DNA from: Phoronis australis
Taxonomy: Eukaryota > Animalia > Phoronida
DNA: 64,000 nt
Direction of reading: 5' to 3'
Assembly: GCA_002633005.1 (NCBI GenBank)
Contig: NMRA01000748.1
Span: 32,583 to 96,582 of the forward strand
Both the position numbers and the translations under genes were made by a program. Shown piece after piece: positions 33,301 to 45,300 of the stretch. Each line of letters starts with the position of its first letter. Position 1 is the first letter of the stretch. Under the pieces are notes generated by a model. It saw nothing but the letters and a program-made list of their open reading frames with translations, was not told the origin of the DNA and searched no databases.

Positions 33301-36300
33301 TGTCAGCCGTCCACTTCATAGTCAGAACATACCTGCCAATTTTCACAATCATCCTTCAAGTGGTTTGGTTGATAGAGGAGTGGACGCAAAAAAACAGACT
33401 CGAAAACAGTAAAAATGGCCACTAAGTGGCGCAAACTACATTGAATCCATCCGAAAACGGGAGGGCAGCGTCATCTCACTAATAGGTGCCTACCGTAAAT
33501 TTTATGAAAATTCGATCAGGACTTTTGAAGATACAGAAGTAATTGAACGTAAAAAACTAAAATTACCACTATGAGGGGGCACACCGGTAGTCGAATCTGT
33601 CCGAAAGTTTGCTCATGCCATCCCATTCACGGTAGGAACACATGTGCAAAACTTCATGAAGATAAGTCAAGGCGTTTTAGAGATAGAGCAGCGGACGCCG
33701 GATGAAACGGACGGACGGCCGGCCGGAAGTACAGAATGATGGAGATGACGGCATAAAGCGTACACATATAAATATGTGGGCGCATAAAAAGTAAAAACTA
33801 TTTCTAGTTTATTTTTGATTGAAAGGTTTTCAAAAACATGTCTGTTGATTTTCTTTAACAGCATTGTTCATGGTTCCTCGATCTACCGTATTCACCCTAA
33901 TAAGCACCCATGCCCCTATAAGTGCCCCACGCATTTTCAGACTCGGCTAAAATAAGCCCCAAGCCCATGAACATGTTTTCATGCCTTATCTACACTTCTA
34001 AAATTCTGCAGTAACGTTTTCAACTTATCAATAATGTCCGACAGTCCTGGAAAAAATCATAGGGCTCAGAATGTCTAGACCACGAGCTTCGCCACTGTGT
34101 TGGTATTTAGCTGTGGCAGTGTACACTTCAAACTTCCGCAGGGCTTCAAAAATAACACAAAAAAATTTTGCTGATTTTGCGAAGAACGTGTCCCACTATG
34201 GCCACACCTTTCAGAACAGATGCAGCGTACTTGTATAGTATCTTTCCGTACAGATCTTCCCCCTCACTAGGAATCCAGATTTCTAATTGTAGGCTACACG
34301 TAAAAACCGCAAAACGAAGACTAGTAAAAAAACTTGAGCAGCGTTAAAAGCACGTGGCCAAGAAGCGTGCGCTACATACAAGTGGGCCTGCTACTCTGGC
34401 AAATGAACTATGATGACACGCATGCGCTTGCTCACTCGACACACACCTGCAGACTAACTTCAAAACAAATGTCACGTGACAACATATGTGCCTGTCCAGA
34501 TTTTTCTCGTGTTGCGCAATCTAGCGTATATTTGGACTTCATCAGCGTTTAATCCCAATTCCCAGGAACTTAAATATCTTAGGGATGTCATTTGGAAAAC
34601 TCAAGGAGGATTTCAGGTAATTTGTTGATTCGAAACTATTTTTATTCAAGAATTCAAGTTGCCCTATTGACAATCGCGAGGCAAGGACACATGAGTCGGC
34701 GAGTTTTCGCCCTAGGATTTCAGCACAATTTACAGAAAAAGGATAGTAATGTAACAACGAAGTTTGATAGCAATGCACCACAACTTTGTGGAATGTCTGT
34801 CATTGGTTACAGATACGTCACAGCAGGTAAATTTGATGAATCCTAGCTTCCGATTTCACCCATTTCGGAGACCACGTTTCAACCGCCTTAGGCTACAATA
34901 AGTGTCCCCCCCGCTTCTGAAATGAATTTTTCAAACAGTCCTGGGCGCTTATTGGGATGAATATGGTAACACAAATTTAAGGTCCTGATGGCAGTTTTGA
35001 TAGCACATTATACTACACTAGCTACAGTCTTAATCATCACTCTATGGGTTATTTTTTTGACAGTTGCTGGTATACCACACAATTAGTGTTATCAGGTATT
35101 TTCCAAAATGCTTACATTCTGCCACCATTCATTTGGCACTCAGTGTAACCCTATAGACCCTATTCACGCCAACAGGAGGCGCGTTCCAAAACGGGGCTCC
35201 CTACGATAGCTCTGGTGGCTTGTCCGCGTAGTTGTACTCTGCGTTGCTCGAACAGCTAGAAAAAATACGGACACTCAACTGTCTGTTTTACAATCCCTAA
35301 GGACGTTGGGATTCCGAAGCATTGGGTCCTTGCCATACGCCGCGACGAAGGAAAATATGTCCGCCTAAAATTTATAACTGCATGTTTTCGAATCATGATT
35401 TGTCGCATCTCGGATGCCGCCATAGCAACGAGGACCGGAGAATCTTCGGCCAGCCAGGCTGTGTTTTCATGACTATGGGTTGAAGCGTGATGCATTTTTC
35501 TTTACAAAAAGGACAGGGCACTCAATCCCTCAATTTTGGGGCCAAATATCGGCCATATTCCCCTCTCAAAAATATTGAAAAATCACGCGAAATTCCAGGT
35601 CCCACTGACGAGGCCCGGCTAAAAATTCCCTTAGTGATTGAAAATTTCTCTCCAACGGTTCAAATAACCTGTGACCACAGAGGTGAGAATTTGAAAAAGT
35701 ACAAAATCATAGGCNGAGGGGGGAAAACACGTTCCGTTTTTTTTTAGTCCAAAGACAGATTTCCTGAGCAGAAGGTATACATCCTCGGCGACCGCAACTT
35801 CCGGGCCGCCTGCATGCATACAATCGCGCTTTGCCCGCTTCTGCAAGGATGTCGGGCCTCCCCTTATGGTATCCTAGATCAGCCACTGAAAATGCTACTT
35901 GAGACAGAGCTATGAGAGCTTACAACAGGGCGGGGTGCTATTGATGGTGATCGGCAGGTCAGTAGATTTTTCACTGACCCGTCACTCGGTGAAACGTTCC
36001 CCTCTCAGAAGGCCGCACAGGCACCTTTCCCCTCACCGGAATGTGAACGAGACCTCTGAAGAAACATGATAACTATGCTTGTTCCAGGGGGGATCCAGGA
36101 CTTTGAGTTGGGGGGGCAAGGCAGAGTATTAGCCAGGATTTTGCCCATCAGACATTTGCGCTCCTGATTAACTGCCAAATGGTATCTGGGAGAATTTTAT
36201 GAGGGGGCGCATAGCCCCCTTGGCTCCCCTCTAAATCCGCCACTGTGTTCTGTCCAGTTAACTGAAATTGAGCTCTAAAACAATGTTATTATGGTTTGGA

Positions 36301-39300
36301 TGAAAGAATAAGGTGTTTTAATTTTAAAATTCAACTTGGTCAAGATTGATATTTGAAAATTATTATATAACACATGAAATAGATGTAATTATTAAAACCA
36401 AGAAAGCAGAATTGATGGTCATATAATTTTTATTTTCAGTTGCGAGCCTGGTTTTGATCATATTTCAGATCAATGACAAATCAACTGTTAGTCCCGGTAG
36501 TGCCTACCTCACCAGGATCTAGGCTATGCTTGAAGCTAGGCCTACTCTTGATCAACAAATTAACCAGATGTGATTACTTGCACATGACAGCAAAATGCTA
36601 TGAGCCACCACTGTCGAATATATCTTCAACTCGTCAACAATACGACCAGATGACCTGGTTCGTGTAGAAAGCATTTTTATCAAGAATTTATTAGAAGAAA
36701 TGTAACCCTGAATTCAGTATGATACCTAAACCGTAACACTACGATCGCCGCAATTTGGTCATGTTTACTTTTCGTGTTTCGAACCTAGTTTTCCAGAAAA
36801 AAACTTATATTCTTTCGTCAGACAACTCTTTGGTGCATTGACTTGTTCTTTAACTGTATTTTTCTACGTCTCTGTGGTTAATTATTGACACATTTTTTAA
36901 GATTTAATATTCAGGTTGCACTCCAAAGACCGGCCATTTAACTCACGCAATGTAAATTTCCGCTATGTTTATCGCAGTGAGCCTCGCTTTGGACTTTAAT
37001 GTCCGCCGCGTGAATTGGGTCTATAGAATGTCACAAGTCATTTAGTAATCAGTAACTTCTATTTGAATCATATTGAATTGTTTATTGTGGTACCATGAAT
37101 ATAAGAGCTAGCTACTTCTTGGGTGTCATCTTTGAGGACAATTTGTCATGGGTCATCCGGTGTTTGTTGCGGTACAATTGTAGGTTTTAAGTCGGCCGGT
37201 ACCTCAAATATCTAATATAGCTCAAGCTTTCAATGGCATACCATGGTTGAGATTTTTGGGGGTTTCTGGCGGGCACATCCCAGAGTGTATTTTGTCTGTC
37301 ATAGGGGTATTTAGAGATCAGAGACATGTATGGTACCTCAAATAGATGAGCTAGCTCATTTTTGGGTGGTGACCTTTTTGGGTTTCTGGCGTATCATTTC
37401 CAGAGTGCAACTTGTCTATCATGGGTCATTTGGTGTTAATTGTAGTGCTATTGTTCATTTAAATCAGTTTTAGCTGGTAGCTCGAATATCTAATCTGGCT
37501 CAAATTTTCAATGGCACATCATGGTTGATATTTTGGGGGGTTTCTGGTGGGCACGTTCCGGAGTGCATTTTGTCTGTCATGTGGTATAGTGATCAGTGAC
37601 ATGCAATGAATGACATGGAATTGGTTTTGTATGATACCTCGAATGTATCAGCTAGCTTATTTTGGAGGGTCCTTTGTTGGTTTCTGCCAGATGCATTCGA
37701 AAGTGTAATTTGTTTGTCAAGGGTCATTTGGTGTTCACTTTAAATCTCATTTGGCAGGTACCTAGAGTATCTAACCTAGCTAATTTTTTGGCTCCCTTGT
37801 AAGGCCCCCAGGGGTCACACCCCGAGTGCAGACAGCGGCTGCAGACCTCCATTTCTGCATATACTGAGGTGGATTTTAAGTGCTCCTATGGTCAAATGTC
37901 GGTACTTCGTTCATACATGCTAAGGATCATTAAGAACACTGCCAGATGTTTTCCTATTGACTTTAGCTCAGCTGATGTTGATTTTCAGACTGGTTTGACT
38001 ACTAGCTGGAGTGGCACTTTCTAGTGACATTTTTTTGCATCCACAACATAATCTCCTAAATCCCTTTAGATCAGCAGCCCAGAGCTCTTAGTAATAAAAC
38101 AGAATTAATTAAATCAGTTTGTGGCCACAATAAGATTAAAAACCGGACGATTGCTGCACACATTAAAAAGTTCACATTCAATTCAACATTTCGTCTTTTC
38201 ATTAGACTGAATTACAATCGACATAATATACATACTCAGATCTCTGAGGTTCAAATGACGCAGTGATCTGAATTTTTCAAATCCTAGTTCGTCAAATTCC
38301 AAGTCACGGTAGTACTTCAGTAAATCCTTTAGGAACACTGTAAATAAATTGTGAAAAGTGCACTATTTGAGGACCGTATCTTTATTGATTTTAAAGTTCT
38401 TTCTCATCAGTTGTTCACCAGAGGGAAGGCATGCATGAGATATTCACAAACCATTCTTTATATATAATCACCTCAGAAAGTAACATAACATTATTTTCTT
38501 TGCAAAACACATACTAACAGATACTGTTTATAAATAATACGTCTGGAATAGGTGGATGCCCAACAGGTTAAGTGCATACAATGTTGGCATGCCTCAAAGA
38601 TTGTGGATACAGTAATGTAAAAAATGACTTACTTCGATCTAAATCAAGTTTCCACTGGCCACTTTCAATGTCATCGACAGATACTGAAACAAAACATCTT
38701 ATTAATAGCTTAATTATACTACATGTTATACGTAATCAGACATAATACCACTTCAGGGTAATGAATCGCAGTGGCAAGCCATGCTGGCTACTCTGACTGT
38801 GAAGTTCATTTGCACCATAGCCTTTATGATGCGAGGAATGGTGGGTCAATAGGTCTGATTATTTTTGGCATGTACTCTGCATAACAGCTTATTTTAAATG
38901 ACTTATACATGTTGAAATTACAAACTATGCAAAAAAATAAGTTCCAGCTTCAAAGGTAGGGCTCCCTCTGCCTATACAGAGGGCCATTAGAGCGAGTCAA
39001 CCGATCAGTCTGTGAATTTGGGTGCCTCACACTTTGAGGTCTAAAAATGAATCTTTGCTAATTTTATTTAATAAGTCATTTAAAATAATAAGCTTTTATG
39101 TACGTTTATAACGTTCAAACGAGCAAATCAGACACCAATTGAAAATGCATGTTTTTAGACTCTAAGACCTATCAGCACCACTTTTTAGAGAAAGAAGCAC
39201 ATGGGACATCTGTTCAAACATTTCACTAGCGACTGTCTAATTCAATGTTTAATCAAATGATGATCTGGGGCTGGGGTCTGATCTTTGTAGTCAAAATTAA

Positions 39301-42300
39301 ATTCAAAATTATTTTTGGCATTTTTCATTCTGACCACTTTCTGCAAACTTACATTACATGCCAAGTATTCTTAGCACTGGTACACTAGATCCTACAAATT
39401 TGCAATTGATAACCCATAGAATTGCGTTAAAGGCTCGAGTAGAAACTCGAGATTACGAGTCCAGACTTGAACTGTGAGTTACAAATCTGGGGTCATTGAG
39501 TGCAAACTAGGATTAGACAGTTATCCCAGTAAACTGTTGTGTACTTGAGCATAGAAAGTCACCGCTTGCTTGAGTTTGCACAAAAGTGGATTAGAAAATG
39601 ACAATTCAATACTTTCCAGTTTGATCTCAAGAAAAATATTAGACGCCCATGCCCACTGAGACGCACTTTTAATAGCAATGAAATTCTATCAGCTTTTTAA
39701 ACTAACATTCGATAGGTGTTTTTTTTCTCCAATGTCAAATTACCTTTGTACATATCAGCACTGTAAGTTAACACCTTAACTGTTCCTTAACTGTAATAGT
39801 GTGATCTGTACCGTATATGGAATAAAAAATCGATATTTTTCATGAGGCACTCCCTTCTTCAAATATTGCAGTATTCTTGAGAATTTTGATCATTAAGAAA
39901 GTTGTTTATAATTGTGCCATCACGTGCATAAGCCAATGTGTCCTATTGCAGAAATTGTGGAAGCTGGGCATTTACTATGTACGGTAATTCTTCCTCAATT
40001 TTGCATAAAATATTATTTTTAACCTCCGCACGGGGTGTGCAAACCTAACAAAAACAGGAATTGCAACTGCTGTCTGTATTACTGGTGTGTGGACTTCCAG
40101 AAAATCAGCAACTGCACATTTCAGCCACGGACAAAGCACGAGGAACTCCCAAAGGCTGTTGAAGAGCCATATATGTGAAAAAGGAGAGGGACGATAAACT
40201 AGGTTTCACAAATAACTTTGGCCATGCAAAATGATCGGAGGGACAAAATAGTCACCTACAGTCACCAAATGAAAACAGATCGTCAAAACTACAGTCAATA
40301 TGTTTGTGGTTTGCACAAACAGGTAACGGATGGCAAAACCTCATGTGAATTAACATAAAGACAGATAGTAAATTGTTACTGACACAACAAATTTTCGATC
40401 AAGTAGAAACATATAAACATTTTGGAACAAATATTGTTGCAAGATAGCAATACAATGTAGTCCTGCGGAGGTTAAGAAATAGTTCTGTTTCAAAATCCTC
40501 TGTGAGGATTGTGCAATCAAATTGGCAATGGTCTGGAGTGGGATGTTCAACCAATTGACCTATCGCAAGCTCCGCCCCTAGGCAAAAAGTCACGTGATAC
40601 CCGACAATCGAACGAGATGTCAGAGCTAAATACACTGTCGCTAAACGACGTTCCTGGTGGAATCGATGAGTGTTTTTGCACTATTTGAAAACGCTTCGAC
40701 AGAGACAAGAGGCGATGCTTTTCAACAGAGAATCGTACGTTCATGATATGGGGAATTTGTAAAGGTGGCGATGAAAAAATAAGTGCTCGAGAAGCCAGCG
40801 AAAATCCGAGGAACTTCTCCGCCTCGGGGCCACCTTCACCTGACAAATGACAAGGCCACTGATACGATATGTTCATGTTAAGCTAGGTATGTACCTTAAA
40901 GTCAAATTATCTGTACGATTCCATACTAGATTTTATGATCTTTCAAATAAAATCAGTGAAGATTCACCAATATTTTTATTCTGTCGTCTGCTAAATTTCG
41001 CCAAATGAAAAGTAGGTCACAACTGGTTTGACTCCAGTAGTAAAGTAGGTCATAGATTACAGACTACACATGCACTATAGTCTCTGACTAGGTCGACTCG
41101 ATAGCACTGTTTACGCTTTTCTAATCTTGTAACGAAATATTTTGATAAAAAAATTCAGGTTCATAGGTCAGGTACACACTCATCTCGTCCTAAGCAAACA
41201 GTTAGCTCCGCTAGGTCTAGGGCTGTGTCTAAGTCTGGCAAATTAATGTCTGGAATTCAGTGGCGGATCTAGGATACCACAGTGGGGCCCAACATATGTT
41301 GCCTCGTGGAATTGGGCAAAGTGCGATTGTAAGTGCACAGCTGGCCCGAAAGTTGCCAGGGGTCAGGGGTGTAGACCGTTGGACCTGTTCAGAAAATCTA
41401 TCGGTGGACTAAAAAAACAGGAACACGATTCCGCCGCGATCTGGGGTCTGAGCCCCCCTCTTCCGCTACCGCCCCTAGTTACTGAACTCAATATTTCCTC
41501 ACGCTTCATGCTGTTCCTGTTTCATTTTTCTTGCGGCAGCCAAGGGTGGGGGCGGGGTAGGGGCCCGAAAGTTGCCAGCCCCCCCTCTAAATCCGCCTAT
41601 GGAATTATCCGTTTGCACAATTAAGACATTTAAATTAGGCCTGTTTTCTTATGAACTTAGCATTTTTTTGTAGTTTCATTCCATAAAGGTAGCTTTCATT
41701 TAATTTTGAAGGTAGCATGATCATTAAGTCGTGGTATGGTTACAAAAGACTAGAAGTCTGGTGTGGTAGTTGCAAAAATAGGGTATTTAAAAAAATAACT
41801 CCAATTCTTTTTTAAAGCTTCATAAATCTAAATATCATGTTTAAACAACTTCAAAATGAGCTCTCTCTAACTCTGCAGACATAGTGTATACTAGAGGTAC
41901 ACGTCATAAAGTAATTCAACAGTTTAATTTTAGTGACAACAGCTCGACCAAGGCTTTGAGTACATGAGGGTCAGCCCTCTCAGCGAGAGACCGCTTCGCT
42001 ATCCCAGTTGCCCGCGGTCGCTCATGACAAAGCCGTCCTAACAATAGCCCTATAGTGAGCCAGCCAACCACACAAATCGCTTGTGCAGTATTACGTAAGC
42101 ATTAACTAGGCCTTGAGCAGACACCAGAATAGGAGTTTCAGATATTGTAACCCAAGGCGGTTGAAACCCGGTCTCCGAAACGGGTGAAATCGGAAGCTAA
42201 GATTCATAAAATTTACGCTCTGTGACGTATATGTAATCTATGAAAGACTTTCAACAAAACTGTGGTGCATTGCTATCAAACTTTGCAGCTAAATTACGAC

Positions 42301-45300
42301 CATTTTACAGAAAATTGTGCTGAAATTCCAGGGCGAAAACTCGCCGACTGACTGCCTCGAAATCGCCGTCTTCGATATGGCGATTTCAATGATTGAATAA
42401 AAATGGTTTTGACTCAAGCAAATTACCTAAAATCCTCATTAAGTTTTATAAGTAGCATCTCTAAGATTTTTTAAGTTCCCGTGGAGTCTGGATTAACGGC
42501 AGGTTTAAATACAAATCTGTGCATCNNNNNNNNNNNNNNNNNNNNNNNNNNNNNNNNNNNNNNNNNNNNNNNNNNNNNNNNNNNNNNNNNNNNNNNNNNN
42601 NNNNNNNNNNNNNNNNNNNNNNNNNNNNNNNNNNNNNNNNNNNNNNNNNNNNNNNNNNNNNNNNNNNNNNNNNNNNNNNNNNNNNNNNNNNNNNNNNNNN
42701 NNNNNNNNNNNNNNNNNNNNNNNNNNNNNNNNNNNNNNNNNNNNNNNNNNNNNNNNNNNNNNNNNNNNNNNNNNNNNNNNNNNNNNNNNNNNNNNNNNNN
42801 NNNNNNNNNNNNNNNNNNNNNNNNNNNNNNNNNNNNNNNNNNNNNNNNNNNNNNNNNNNNNNNNNNNNNNNNNNNNNNNNNNNNNNNNNNNNNNNNNNNN
42901 NNNNNNNNNNNNNNNNNNNNNNNNNNNNNNNNNNNNNNNNNNNNNNNNNNNNNNNNNNNNNNNNNNNNNNNNNNNNNNNNNNNNNNNNNNNNNNNNNNNN
43001 NNNNNNNNNNNNNNNNNNNNNNNNNNNNNNNNNNNNNNNNNNNNNNNNNNNNNNNNNNNNNNNNNNNNNNNNNNNNNNNNNNNNNNNNNNNNNNNNNNNN
43101 NNNNNNNNNNNNNNNNNNNNNNNNNNNNNNNNNNNNNNNNNNNNNNNNNNNNNNNNNNNNNNNNNNNNNNNNNNNNNNNNNNNNNNNNNNNNNNNNNNNN
43201 NNNNNNNNNNNNNNNNNNNNNNNNNNNNNNNNNNNNNNNNNNNNNNNNNNNNNNNNNNNNNNNNNNNNNNNNNNNNNNNNNNNNNNNNGTTCCGGCAGTA
43301 ATGCAGTGCCCTTCCCTGTGCCGATCGAATCTCTGAATTTTGACCGGGAGAGAAGTTCAGTTGAACGCCAGCCTACGGTTTATGAATAACAAAAATGTAC
43401 CTCTGATACAAAACAAATAATGTCCATTAGGTTGAAATAATTAAAAAAAAAACACAAAATAAAAATGTCCTTGAAAACAACAATTTCTGGGGACTACCGC
43501 TAGAGTGCTGAGGTCCAGCAGGTGCCGAGACAAAGGCAGCCAGACTTAGGAAACTCGGGAGTCAAAATCTGAGATAGCCCTGCACCATAGCCACCAAGCT
43601 GAAAAGTGCGTATCAAGGAACTAATATATTTGTGTTTATTATAGCCTTCGAGTTATCAAGCAACATCGCTAAGTTCAGCTGCTCGTGTGGCCGTACAGTT
43701 TGATCCATAGTTTACGCTTTTCAACATCATTTTTCGGCTTAGGACACTAGGGGGCACACCAAAAGTTAGATCTGCCCAAAAGTTGTTGTCGTCTGTTCCC
43801 AACATCATATAAATACACTTGTTAAATTAAGTAAAGATCCTGCAAACAGTTTAGGAGATACAGCGATTATCGCAAAAAAAAAAACTGCCACTAGGAGGCA
43901 CCACAGTAGTCAAACTCATCGGAAAATCATCGTCAGCCATCCACTTTATAGTAGAAACATACATGCCAATTTTCACAATTATCCCGAAAATGGTTTGGTT
44001 GATAGGCAAGTGGACGCCAAAAAACATACTCGAAAACAGTAAAAGTGGTCACTAGGTGGTGCAAACTAGGTCGAATCCATCTGAAAACAGAGAGATAGCG
44101 TCACCTCATTAACAGATGCCTGTATGCCAAATTTCATGAAAAAACGTTGAGGACCTTTGAACATACAAAGGTAAGCGTAAAAAGATGAAATTGCCACTAG
44201 GTGGCACACCAGTAGTCAGATGCGTCCGAAAGTTGTTGTCGCTCGTTCTCAACATTAAACTACACTTACTAAATTTAGTAAAGATCCTTCGAACAGTTTA
44301 GAAGATACAGCCATAGGCGCAAAAAACAAAACTGCCACTAGGAGGCGCAACAGTAGTTGAAATCAGTAAAAATGGCCACTAGGTGGCGCAAACTACATTG
44401 AATCCATCCGAAAACGGGAGGGCAGCGTCATCTCACAAATAGGTGCCTATATACCAAATTTTATGAAAATCCAATCAAGGCTTTTGAAGATACAGAAGTA
44501 AACGTAAAAAACTAAAATTGCCACTAGGGGACACACGAATCTGTCCGAAAGTTCGCTCATGCCGTCCCATTCACGGTAGGAACACATGTGCAAAACTTCA
44601 TGAAGATAAGTCAAGGCGTTTTAGAGATAGAGCAGCGAACGCCAGATGGACGGGCGGACGGCCGGCCGGCCGGAAGGAGATGACGGCATAATGCGTACAC
44701 ATATAAATGTGGGCGCATAAAAAGTAAAAACAATTTCTAGTTTATTTTTGATTAAAAGGTTTTCAAAAACATGTCTGTTGATTTTCTTTAACAGCATTGT
44801 TCATGGTTCCTCGATCTACCGTATTCACCCTAATAAGCATCCATGTCCCTATAATTGCCCCACGCATTTTCAGACTCGGCTAAAATAAGCCCCCAGCCCA
44901 TGAACGTGTTTTCATGCCTTATTTACACTTCTAAAATTCTGCAGTAACGTCTTCAACTTATCAATAATGTCCAGCAGTCCTGGAAAAAATCATTGGGCGC
45001 AGAATGTGTACAATTCAAACTTCCGCAGGGCTTCAAAAATAACACAAAAAAGTTTTGCTAATTTTGCGAAGAACGTGTCCCACTATGGCCACGCCTTTCA
45101 GAACAGATGCAGCGTACTTGTATAGTATCTTTCCCGTACAGATCTTCCCCCTCACTAGGAATCCAGATTTCTAATTGTAGGCTACACGTAAAAACTGCAA
45201 AACGAAGACTAGCAAAAAATCTTGAGCAGCGTTAAAAGCACGTGGCCAAGAAGCGTGCGCTACATACAAGTGGGCCTGCTACTCTGGCAAATGAACTCTG

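Larger units (their letters stand above)
35155..37022 (+). mobile_element. ISL2EU-like defective DNA transposon with a THAP-domain remnant
   Basis: AT|agaccctattcacgc...gcgtgaattgggtct|AT; CTLRCSNS*...FTIPKDVGIPKHWVLAIRRDEG. Confidence 0.68.
32666..40555. repeat. Large duplicated block, copy A
   Basis: Colinear with 43745-54644 once the copy-B insertions are removed. Confidence 0.92.

Noticed and set aside
39880-40350. Possible piggyBac-like Cys-rich remnant (QYVCGLH)
   Set aside because: Too degenerate; no TTAA-flanked TIRs or DDD core seen.
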